Origin: Asticcacaulis sp.
GTDB taxonomy: Bacteria; Pseudomonadota; Alphaproteobacteria; Caulobacterales; Caulobacteraceae
Assembly (NCBI RefSeq): GCF_035497195.1
Contig: NZ_DATJDZ010000016.1
Location: forward strand, 23 to 64,022
Direction of reading: 5' to 3'
DNA: 64,000 nucleotides
Part shown: positions 18,349-26,172 of the stretch, piece after piece
Layout: every line of letters starts with the position of its first letter
Numbering within the stretch: position 1 is the stretch's first letter
Notes under the pieces: model-generated
The model's input: only the letters and a program-made list of their open reading frames with translations
What the model was told of the DNA's origin: nothing
The model's database searches: none
Made by a program: the position numbers and the translations under genes

Positions 18349-20196
18349 ATGAGAATGCCGTGGGGACTCAATGTCAAGCATCTGTACCTGGCCTTTTTCA
18401 GCGTCATTTCGATAGCCCTGTGCGCTTTCAGCCTCATCATCTATGACCAGTACCAGAAGTCGCAAAATCTGAACGATTACATGCGCTACGAGTACGAAAA
18501 CATCCGCCGGACCAAGAACATCCTGATGGATATCGTCGATATGGAAACCGGTGTGCGCGGATATGTTTTGACGGGCGATAAAACCTACCTGCACCCTTAT
18601 GACATCGCCTCCGACCGCCTGCCCGGCGAGATCATGGCCCTGCGCCAGGCGACCTATTATGAATCCAACGCCTTCGCCGAAACCAACAGCCTGCTTGATC
18701 GCGTCAACAGCCTGCAAAAGCTGTTGGAATCGCAGATGAACTATATGCACGTCCACGGTCGCGGGCAGATCAGTCAGAACGCCCTCAGCATCCAGCGCAC
18801 CCAGATGAATGAGGTTGAGACCATCATCGAGACCAGCATCGCCCATCGCCTGGCCAGCGTGAAGACCCGCCGCGACCAGGTGGAGCCGCGCAAGACTAAC
18901 TTCTTCTACATCCTGCTCATCGGCACGATCCTCGGCGTCGGCATCATCCTGGCCGGCACCGTGCTGATCATCCGCCTGGAAAGCGAGAGCGAAGATATCC
19001 TGGCGCAGAACGAAGGCGCCGAGAGCCGTTTCCGCGCCGTGATGAACGGCACCAACGATGGCGTCTTCGAGCTGAATTTCGTCAATGAAACCATCTATAT
19101 GTCAAAGGAATTCAAGGCCATGCTCGGCTTCGGCGAGGACGCGCTGGATAACGACATGCACACTTTCAACACCCTCATCCATCCCGATGATTTCGACGCC
19201 TACATGCAGGTGCGCCACGATTACATCATCAAGCAGACCCCACTTTACAACAACATCTTCCGCCTGAAACACAAGGACGGCGCCTGGCGCTGGATGATGG
19301 CGCGCGGCATCGGCACCTGGGACAAGTTCGGCCAGATCCGCACCATGATCGGCACCCATACCGACATCACCGAGCAGAAAAACCGCGAGGAAGAACTGCG
19401 CCAACTCAATAATGACATGGAAGCCTTCACCTACATTACCTCGCACGACATGCGCTCGCCCCTGGTCAATCTCAAGGGCTTCTCGCACGAGCTGGCCCTG
19501 GCGGTGCAGGAGGTCGACGACCTGCTGGAGCCGCAACAGACAAAACTCGGCACTGAGGCCTGGGCGCGGCTGGAGCACATCCTGCGCAAGGATATCCCCG
19601 AAGCGCTCGGCTTCATCGGCAATGCCGTCGATCGCATGGACACCCTGACGACCGCCATCCTCGACCTGTCACGCATCGGCAAGTTCATCTACCGCGACGA
19701 ACTGGTCGACGCCCAGGCCGTTTTCGACAAATGCCTGGGCGCGCAGAGTTATGAGGTCGCCAGCAAGAATGTCGATGTAACGATCAAGCCCCTGCCGAAA
19801 CTGGTCACCGATCCGATCGCGCTCGAACAGGTCTTTTCCAACCTGCTCGATAACGCCGTCAAATATCTCAAACCTGGCGAACCGGGACGCATCGAGATGT
19901 CCTGCCAGGAGACAAGCCGCGACTATGTGTTCACCATCCGCGATAATGGCCGGGGCATCGACGCCGAGGATTCCGACCGTGTTTTCAATATTTTCCGCCG
20001 CGCCCGCAATACCGGTGATGTGCGGGGCCTCGGCCTCGGCATGGCCTTCGTGAAAGCCACCCTGCGCAAGATGAACGGCGCCATCTGGTTCGAATCGCAG
20101 CTCGGTGTCGGCACGGCCTTCCATGTAAGCTTGCCGAAACGCACCCCTGCCACCGCTTCCAACGACCAGGCAGAAAAGGGAGAGGACGCGGCATGA
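18349..20196 (+). CDS. Sensor histidine kinase, CHASE3 - TM - PAS - HisKA - HATPase
   Basis: 615 aa. CHASE3 block IRRTKNILMDIVDMETGVRGYVLTGDKTYLHPYD, a second TM, a PAS domain (DGVFELNF...WRWMMARG), H-box ITSHDMRSPLVNLKGF, N/G boxes NLLDNAVKY, RDNGRGI, GLGLGMAF. Confidence 0.88.
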   Translation: MRMPWGLNVKHLYLAFFSVISIALCAFSLIIYDQYQKSQNLNDYMRYEYENIRRTKNILMDIVDMETGVRGYVLTGDKTYLHPYDIASDRLPGEIMALRQATYYESNAFAETNSLLDRVNSLQKLLESQMNYMHVHGRGQISQNALSIQRTQMNEVETIIETSIAHRLASVKTRRDQVEPRKTNFFYILLIGTILGVGIILAGTVLIIRLESESEDILAQNEGAESRFRAVMNGTNDGVFELNFVNETIYMSKEFKAMLGFGEDALDNDMHTFNTLIHPDDFDAYMQVRHDYIIKQTPLYNNIFRLKHKDGAWRWMMARGIGTWDKFGQIRTMIGTHTDITEQKNREEELRQLNNDMEAFTYITSHDMRSPLVNLKGFSHELALAVQEVDDLLEPQQTKLGTEAWARLEHILRKDIPEALGFIGNAVDRMDTLTTAILDLSRIGKFIYRDELVDAQAVFDKCLGAQSYEVASKNVDVTIKPLPKLVTDPIALEQVFSNLLDNAVKYLKPGEPGRIEMSCQETSRDYVFTIRDNGRGIDAEDSDRVFNIFRRARNTGDVRGLGLGMAFVKATLRKMNGAIWFESQLGVGTAFHVSLPKRTPATASNDQAEKGEDAA

Positions 20197-20639
20197 TCAG
20201 CACCTTTACCCAACCCTTTTCTGTAGTCCTGATCGAGGATGACGAAGGCCACGCCAACCTGATCAACCGCAACCTTCAGCGCGCCGGCGTGCTCAATCCG
20301 ATCACCCGTTTGCGCGACGGGCACGAGGCCCTGACCTACTTCTTCGGCAGCGACGCCCACACCCAGCCCCTCGACAAGACGGTGGTCGTGCTCGACCTCA
20401 ACCTGCCGGATGTCGATGGCTTCGAAATCCTCGGCCGCCTCAAGACCGACGAGACCACGCGGCGCATTCCGGTGATCGTGCTGACCACCACCGACAATCC
20501 GCGCGATATCGACCGCTGCTATGCACTTGGCTGCAACGCCTTCATGACCAAGCCGGTCGGCTACAATGATTTTTCCGAGGCCATACAAAAGCTTGGCCTT
20601 ATGTTGACCATAGTTCGCGTTCCCCATACCAGACCCTGA
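20193..20639 (+). CDS. Single-domain response regulator (receiver only)
   Basis: 148 aa. Acidic pocket IEDDEGH, phospho-acceptor [15 protein letters not shown], and the conserved K in FMTKP. 4-nt overlap with the upstream kinase. Confidence 0.88.
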   Translation: MISTFTQPFSVVLIEDDEGHANLINRNLQRAGVLNPITRLRDGHEALTYFFGSDAHTQPLDKTVVVLDLNLPDVDGFEILGRLKTDETTRRIPVIVLTTTDNPRDIDRCYALGCNAFMTKPVGYNDFSEAIQKLGLMLTIVRVPHTRP

Positions 20640-20641
20640 GT

Positions 20642-22279
20642 GTGCCTGAATTCATGTCAAATCCCCCTGTCAGCCCCTCGAAGACCTTGCATCCCGCCAT
20701 GCAGAACATCCTTTATGTCGAGGATGACGCCGCGCTGGCGCGCCTGCTGCAAAAGCGCATGGAGCGGATCGGGCTGAAGGTCGAGACCGTCGTCACCGCC
20801 GAGGAAGCGCTGGCCCTGCTCCACCAGCGCGATTTCGACCTGCTGCTGGTCGATTACAACCTGCCGGGCATGAACGGCCTGCAAATGCTCGACCGGCTGA
20901 CTGAACTGGCCGTGGTGCCGCCCGCCGTTATCCTGACCGCCGGCGGTGATGAACGCATCGCCCTGGAAGCGCTTGAAAAAGGCGCCGCCGACTACGCGGT
21001 CAAGGATGTCAACCAGACCTATCTCGACCTGTTGCCGGCCATCATGGTCGCCGCCTTCACCAAGGAGCGTCTGCTGCGTGAAAACGCCCAGCAAAGTGTC
21101 GAACTGATGCTGGCCAAGGAGCGCGCCGAGGCCGCCAACCAGGCCAAGAGCCGCTTCCTCGCCACCATGAGCCATGAAATCCGCACGCCGATGAATGTGG
21201 TGACCGGCCTCGCCACTGTGCTGGCCCACACCCGTCTCGATGACCACCAGCAGAAGATCGTCGATACCCTGCGCACCAATGCCGACCTGCTGCTCAAGCT
21301 GATCAATGACCTGCTCGATATCAGCCGCATCGAGGACGATCACATCGAACTGGAGACCATCCCGTTCCAGGTTTCGGCCATTTTGCAGGATATCCGCGTC
21401 ATGTTCGAACAGGATATCGAGCGCAAGGGCCTGAGCCTGCGCGTCGAGGACGAAACACAAGCCTTATGGATGCTCGGCGACCGCTCGCGTCTCCAGCAGG
21501 TTTTGATGAATCTTGTCAGCAATGCGTTGAAATTCACCGACAATGGCGAGATCGCCATCGAAGCGCATATCCGGCCAGGGACAGACGAGACATACGGCCT
21601 GATGATCCGGGTGCATGACAGCGGTATCGGCATTCCGCCCGACAAACTGCCGCTTATCTTCGAGAAATTCACCCAGGCCGACGAGAGCATCACCCGGCGT
21701 TTCGGCGGCTCCGGCCTCGGTCTGTCCATCGCCCGGTCACTGGTCGAACTGATGGGCGGCGATGTCGTCGTCGAGAGCGATCCCGGCACCGGCTCCAGCT
21801 TTACCATCACCCTCGACCTGCCGCGCGCCTCAGCCCCGGAAAAGCTGGCCGAACCGGCGCCGGATTACCGCGCGCCGGAAGTGGCGGGTGGCGTCAAACC
21901 GACGGTGCTGATCGTTGAGGATTATGAACCCAATATCATGGTGCTCAACCTGATGCTGGAAGAACTGGGCTATGAAACGGTGTCCGCCACCTCCGGCCTC
22001 GAAGCACTGCACCTGATCGAAGGGTCTCCGCCCTTCCATGCCATCCTGATGGACGTGCAGATGCACGGCATGGACGGGCTGGATACCACGCGCCATATCC
22101 GCGATGGCGAACAGTCGGGCGTGCCGCGCCACACCATCATCGGCGTCACCGCCCACGCCCTGGCCGGCGACCGCGAACGCTGCCTGGCGGCGGGCATGGA
22201 CGACTATATTTCCAAGCCCGTCCTGCCTGGTATCCTGGCGCAGAAACTCGGCGCCATTACTGCGCGCCAGCCGGCGTAA
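20642..22279 (+). CDS. Hybrid histidine kinase, REC - HisKA - HATPase - REC
   Basis: 545 aa, GTG start. N-terminal receiver ([11 protein letters not shown]...[13 protein letters not shown]), H-box [10 protein letters not shown], ATPase boxes [23 protein letters not shown], and a C-terminal receiver ([12 protein letters not shown]...ISKP). Confidence 0.88.
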   Translation: MPEFMSNPPVSPSKTLHPAMQNILYVEDDAALARLLQKRMERIGLKVETVVTAEEALALLHQRDFDLLLVDYNLPGMNGLQMLDRLTELAVVPPAVILTAGGDERIALEALEKGAADYAVKDVNQTYLDLLPAIMVAAFTKERLLRENAQQSVELMLAKERAEAANQAKSRFLATMSHEIRTPMNVVTGLATVLAHTRLDDHQQKIVDTLRTNADLLLKLINDLLDISRIEDDHIELETIPFQVSAILQDIRVMFEQDIERKGLSLRVEDETQALWMLGDRSRLQQVLMNLVSNALKFTDNGEIAIEAHIRPGTDETYGLMIRVHDSGIGIPPDKLPLIFEKFTQADESITRRFGGSGLGLSIARSLVELMGGDVVVESDPGTGSSFTITLDLPRASAPEKLAEPAPDYRAPEVAGGVKPTVLIVEDYEPNIMVLNLMLEELGYETVSATSGLEALHLIEGSPPFHAILMDVQMHGMDGLDTTRHIRDGEQSGVPRHTIIGVTAHALAGDRERCLAAGMDDYISKPVLPGILAQKLGAITARQPA

Positions 22280-22389
22280 GGTTTTTTCCTTACCGCTCCC
22301 TTATCCGCATTGCGAAGCTTAGGCACTGAGCCCTTGCAGGCTTTGGGCCTAGGGTATGTTTCAAGAGCAATTCGCAGGAGCAGAGCGCC

Positions 22390-23037
22390 ATGCCAGAAAC
22401 CATGCAGGATACCCGGATCCGCGACAACCATGTCCGCACCAGTCCGACCAGCCAGGGCGTTACCTCAAACGAGGTGAAAAGCGCGCCCGCCGGCACGCAC
22501 GCGCTCGGCTCGGAAGGCCTGGCAGCGCTGTATGACCAGGATCATATCGAATCCGTGCAGAAGATGTCGCACGACCTCAAGCGCCTGCTGACCGGCTGCG
22601 ACGCCGCCCGCCTCAAGACCGACGTCAAGCTGCAAGTGGCCAAACTCAATGACTGGACCACGACCTATCTCAAGGGCCTCGACGCCGCGCAAAAGATCAG
22701 CGAGGCCGGTTACGACACCCTGATTGAGGCTCAGAAGGAACTGGCGCTATCGCTCGACGATTTCCTGCGTTTTGAAGGCGAAGGCGGCAACGCGCCGACC
22801 GATGACCAGGAACGCCGGATCGACGACATTTCGCGCGCCCTGCGCCGTATCAGCGGTCTGATTCCGGCCGTGGAGCAGACTTTCGCCGGCCCCAATGATC
22901 CGGAAAACCCCGAAATCGAACCACTGAGCCCGGATACGTCCCCGCCCGACAACGCACCCGAATACGATCCGCCGGCGCCTGACGGAAATCCGGAACTGCC
23001 GTCGGAGATCCCCCCGGTCATGGACCCCAAGATGTAA
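22390..23037 (+). CDS. Hypothetical protein with helical core and acidic proline-rich tail
   Basis: 215 aa. No recognisable motif. The C-terminal 45 aa are a PxxP/PE-rich low-complexity tail (PENPEIEPLSPDTSPPDNAPEYDPPAPDGNPELPSEIPPV). Confidence 0.5.
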   Translation: MPETMQDTRIRDNHVRTSPTSQGVTSNEVKSAPAGTHALGSEGLAALYDQDHIESVQKMSHDLKRLLTGCDAARLKTDVKLQVAKLNDWTTTYLKGLDAAQKISEAGYDTLIEAQKELALSLDDFLRFEGEGGNAPTDDQERRIDDISRALRRISGLIPAVEQTFAGPNDPENPEIEPLSPDTSPPDNAPEYDPPAPDGNPELPSEIPPVMDPKM

Positions 23038-23062
23038 TTCCGCCCTGATACAGGAGCCAGAC

Positions 23063-23230
23063 ATGAACGCCCAGATCATCCCTTTCCCCGCCCCAAAGCC
23101 CGCCCCAGTCCGTCAGGTCAGTATCGATGGTGAATATTTCGAGGACGAGATTCCCGAACTGTTCGATGCCGACGAGGATTTCGACGAACTGACGATCTAT
23201 GCCCACATCGCCGACACGTGGAACGATTAA
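23063..23230 (+). CDS. Small acidic hypothetical protein (55 aa); below the ORF-track size cut-off
   Basis: ATG 23063 preceded by CAGGAG 7 nt upstream. Translation: MNAQIIPFPAPKPAPVRQVSIDGEYFEDEIPELFDADEDFDELTIYAHIADTWND*. It starts 25 nt after the preceding gene. Confidence 0.45.
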   Translation: MNAQIIPFPAPKPAPVRQVSIDGEYFEDEIPELFDADEDFDELTIYAHIADTWND

Positions 23231-23261
23231 GGTCGGGAACGATTAGAATTGGGAACGATTA
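23220..23261 (+). promoter_or_regulatory. Three direct repeats of GGAACGATTA with exact 16-bp period, abutting the ATG at 23266
   Basis: Copies lie at 23220-23229, 23236-23245 and 23252-23261. The first copy overlaps the last codons and stop of the 55-aa ORF. Confidence 0.6.
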
Positions 23262-23265
23262 GCCA

Positions 23266-23598
23266 ATGACAGAATACACACGCGGCTCCGGTTTCGGCCG
23301 GTTCGTCGTTATCATCCTGCTGCTGATCGTCGTTGTCGCCGGCGTCTGGTATTATAACAAGACGCATGTCGTCACCGCCGGCGATCATGTCGGCAAGGCG
23401 GTAGACGCCATCCCTGCCGTTGTCAGTAAGGCGGCCGACGAAGTGACCGACAAGGACAACCTCGACAAGGTTGGCGACGCTATCAAGGATACCGGACAGG
23501 CCGCCTCTTCGGCACTTTCAAAGACCGGCAAGGCGGCGGCCAGCACGGTTTCTGAAACCGCCGCCGACACACAAAAGAAACAGGATAAGCACCCCTGA
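23266..23598 (+). CDS. Small membrane-anchored hypothetical protein (K/A/D/T-rich soluble part)
   Basis: 110 aa. One N-terminal TM (FVVIILLLIVVVAGVWYY). Followed by a strong terminator. Confidence 0.6.
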   Translation: MTEYTRGSGFGRFVVIILLLIVVVAGVWYYNKTHVVTAGDHVGKAVDAIPAVVSKAADEVTDKDNLDKVGDAIKDTGQAASSALSKTGKAAASTVSETAADTQKKQDKHP

Positions 23599-23654
23599 TC
23601 CCCCATTGCCGACGCCGCAGTTTTCCCCTGGCTGCCGTTACCTCGGCATTTGAA

Positions 23655-23689
23655 GGGAGCAAGGGCGAACCCCCTTGCTCCCTTTTTTT
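23655..23689 (+). terminator. Rho-independent terminator
   Basis: 11-bp perfect stem gggagcaaggg / cccttgctccc, about 6-nt loop, followed by T7. Confidence 0.85.
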
Positions 23690-23724
23690 GCGCCCCGGTT
23701 GAGTCCGTTTGCGCTGCCCATACA

Positions 23725-24480
23725 ATGTTGGTAAGAACGGCCATGAAGCCCCAAGACATAACCTCTCCGACACACGATGAGATCCGCGAATACCTGCATC
23801 GCCAGATGCTGTCGTCGGTATCGCATGACCTGAAAACACCGCTGGCCACCATCATCGGCTCGCTGGAGGTCATGACCATGCTTTACGACAAGCTGAGCGA
23901 GGAAAAGCGCAAGTCGCTGATCAGTTCGGCCCTGACCGAAGCCTTCCGGCTCGACCACTTCATCACCAACATTCTCGACATGGCCAAGTTCGAGGCCGAT
24001 GCCGTCAAGCCGCGTTTCGAGAGCGCCCGCCTCAGCCAGATGATCAACGACAGCCTGGCGCGTCTGGGTCCGCTCAAAACCAAAGGGGAGATCAAGATCA
24101 ACGCCGTGGGCGACGCGGATGATCTGGTGACCGATTCGATGCTCGGCAGCCGCGCCATCGGCCTAGTGCTGCATAATGCCTTCAAGTTCGGCGGCCGAAA
24201 GGCCAGCATTCCTGCTATTGAGGTCGAGTATGGCATTAAGGGCAATGAGGGCTTCGTCCGCATCCGCGATCATGGCGAAGGCATCCCGCCCGAAAAGCAG
24301 GCGGCGGTTTTCGACAAATATACCCGCCTGCAGAAGACCGACCAGCAGACCGCCAGCACCGGGCTTGGCCTGACCATCAGCCAGTACATCATGCGTCTGC
24401 TCGATGGCCGGATCGAGCTACATAACCACCCCGAAGGCGGGGCTATTTTTACTTTGTGGTACGCGAACAAGAAAGCGTAA
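23725..24480 (+). CDS. Cytoplasmic histidine kinase lacking TM or sensor domains (HisKA-HATPase only)
   Basis: H-box SVSHDLKTPLATIIGSLE, N box VLHNAFKFG, G boxes RDHGEGI and GLGLTISQ. The track start 23650 lies inside the upstream terminator, so I prefer ATG 23725 (or 23743). Confidence 0.8.
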   Translation: MLVRTAMKPQDITSPTHDEIREYLHRQMLSSVSHDLKTPLATIIGSLEVMTMLYDKLSEEKRKSLISSALTEAFRLDHFITNILDMAKFEADAVKPRFESARLSQMINDSLARLGPLKTKGEIKINAVGDADDLVTDSMLGSRAIGLVLHNAFKFGGRKASIPAIEVEYGIKGNEGFVRIRDHGEGIPPEKQAAVFDKYTRLQKTDQQTASTGLGLTISQYIMRLLDGRIELHNHPEGGAIFTLWYANKKA

Positions 24481-24500
24481 GAAGACTACGAACAGGTACG

Positions 24501-24531
24501 AAAAAACCGGCCTCGATATGAGGCCGGCTTT
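24501..24531 (-). terminator. Terminator hairpin (bidirectional geometry; the T6 run is on the minus strand)
   Basis: 8-bp stem ccggcctc / gaggccgg, 5-nt loop, A6 upstream on the plus strand. It sits between the convergent kinase and DUF1328 genes. Confidence 0.7.
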
Positions 24532-24554
24532 CAACGCTTCCAAAATCAGGAAAG

Positions 24555-24737
24555 CTATAGAGGCGGATTGGCGCTTCGCCCGGTAATCATGCGATAAACC
24601 AGGCTGGCCACGAACAGAACCACGAAGACCACGGCGATGAACTTGGCGATTTCGGCGAAAGTGCCGGCCAGACCGGTAAAGCCGAAAAAGGCCGCGATAA
24701 CGGCCAGAATGAAGAAAGTGACAATCCAGTTGAGCAT
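24555..24737 (-). CDS. DUF1328 / UPF0391 small membrane protein (YtjA-like)
   Basis: 60 aa. MLNWIVTFFILAVIAAFFGFTGLAGTFAEIAKFIAVVFVVLFV is the family signature. GGAG RBS. Confidence 0.8.
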   Translation of the reverse strand: MLNWIVTFFILAVIAAFFGFTGLAGTFAEIAKFIAVVFVVLFVASLVYRMITGRSANPPL

Positions 24738-24881
24738 AGTGGTCTCCTGTTAAGCAACCCCGCCCGGAATGGCGCAGATAATTGACTCCAACCTATGCGT
24801 CCGGTCATAAATATACAAAGACGACCCGCGATCATAAGATAAGGATGGAATAAAAGACCTGCCTTTCCGCAAAACGGACAC

Positions 24882-24914
24882 AAAAAATCCGGCAGGCGCG
24901 CACCTTACCGGATT
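24882..24914 (-). terminator. Probable terminator downstream of the response-regulator gene
   Basis: On the minus strand: atccgg - 15-nt GC-rich loop - ccggat followed by T6. The stem is short. Confidence 0.45.
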
Positions 24915-24937
24915 TCTGTAATGCGTCGCTGATGGTT

Positions 24938-25633
24938 CTAGTTGACCATATCCATGCGATAGCCGATGCCGGATTCCGACACGATCGACTTGCCAAGACC
25001 CGGACGGGTCTCCAGCTTGTCACGCACCTGACCGATATAGACACGTAAATACTGCGTATCCTCCAGGTGGGCCGGTCCCCAGACTTCTTTCAAAATCTGC
25101 TTGTGGGTCAGCATCCGGCCGCGATTGACCAGGAAATAGCGCAGCAGGTCGTATTCCTTGGGCGTGAAGCCGATACGTTCGTCGTCGATAAAGACTTCGT
25201 GACGCACAAGGTCCATGCGGATCGGACCGTGGACGATTTCCGGGTCACCGACCTCCTTGACCGCCGACTTGCGCAGGTTGGCGTTGATGCGCGCCAGCAG
25301 AACCTCGGCCGAAAACGGCTTGGTAACATAGTCGTCGGCGCCGATATTGAGCGCCGGCGCCGCGTCGGCATCTTCCGAACGAGCGGTCAGCACGACGATC
25401 GGCACATTCGACCATTCGCGGATCTTGGTGATGACTTCCTTGCCGTCGATATCGGGCAGGCCGAGATCGAGCAGGATAAGATCGGGACGAACCGACGCGC
25501 TCATGCGCAGGGCCTGCTTGCCTGAATCGCATTCGCACACCTTGAAATCCGCCGCATCGAGAAAGATGCTCAGCATCTTGCGGATTTCTTCTTCATCGTC
25601 GACGATCAGAATGGTGTTTTTCTTTTCGAGCAT
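24938..25633 (-). CDS. OmpR/KdpE-type response regulator (REC + winged-helix)
   Basis: From MLEKKNTILIVDDEEEIR. Contains LILLDLGLPDIDG and YVTKPF, plus a C-terminal trans_reg_C (LTPKEYDLLRYFLVNRGRMLTHKQILKEVWG...YLRVYIGQVRDKLE). The track ORF extends upstream to 25711. Confidence 0.88.
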   Translation of the reverse strand: MLEKKNTILIVDDEEEIRKMLSIFLDAADFKVCECDSGKQALRMSASVRPDLILLDLGLPDIDGKEVITKIREWSNVPIVVLTARSEDADAAPALNIGADDYVTKPFSAEVLLARINANLRKSAVKEVGDPEIVHGPIRMDLVRHEVFIDDERIGFTPKEYDLLRYFLVNRGRMLTHKQILKEVWGPAHLEDTQYLRVYIGQVRDKLETRPGLGKSIVSESGIGYRMDMVN

Positions 25634-25752
25634 GGATACTCCGTGATCCTCTAAAATATAGACGCCGCCGGACCCCTGCAAACAGGAGATCACTAACTTT
25701 TGGTGAAACAAGAACTACGGGCAGAAAAATAAAAATTAAATGCGTGAGTGGC

Positions 25753-26049
25753 TTATATGCTCAACGCCGCCTTATCGATCAATCTCGCCAGTTTGATATC
25801 GCTTTGCGTCAGCCCCCCTGAATCATGCGTCGTCAAGCGAATGGAGACGGTATTATAGACATTGGACCATTCGGGATGATGATCCAACCGGTCGGCCTCA
25901 GCGGCAACCTTGGTCATGAAAGCGAAGGCCTGTTTGAAATCAGCGAATTTGAGCGTGCGGGAAATCGCTTTCCCGTCGCTTTCCAGCCTCCAGTCCGGCA
26001 GGCCACGCGAAAGGGCAGCTAATTCATCAGTCGAAAGTACGGATCTCAT
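25753..26049 (-). CDS. phhB: Pterin-4-alpha-carbinolamine dehydratase
   Basis: [35 protein letters not shown] is the PCD signature. I prefer the start at ATG 26049 ([10 protein letters not shown]). Confidence 0.85.
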   Translation of the reverse strand: MRSVLSTDELAALSRGLPDWRLESDGKAISRTLKFADFKQAFAFMTKVAAEADRLDHHPEWSNVYNTVSIRLTTHDSGGLTQSDIKLARLIDKAALSI

Positions 26050-26172
26050 AGGGGCATCTTGCGCGCCGGCACCGCTTTTGACAAGCGCCGCCACAGGTCA
26101 ATTCTGCGGCATCTTGCCACCGGTGTCTTAAGCGGATAGCCTCGGCGCAAAATAACAGGACAGGAAACTCCC

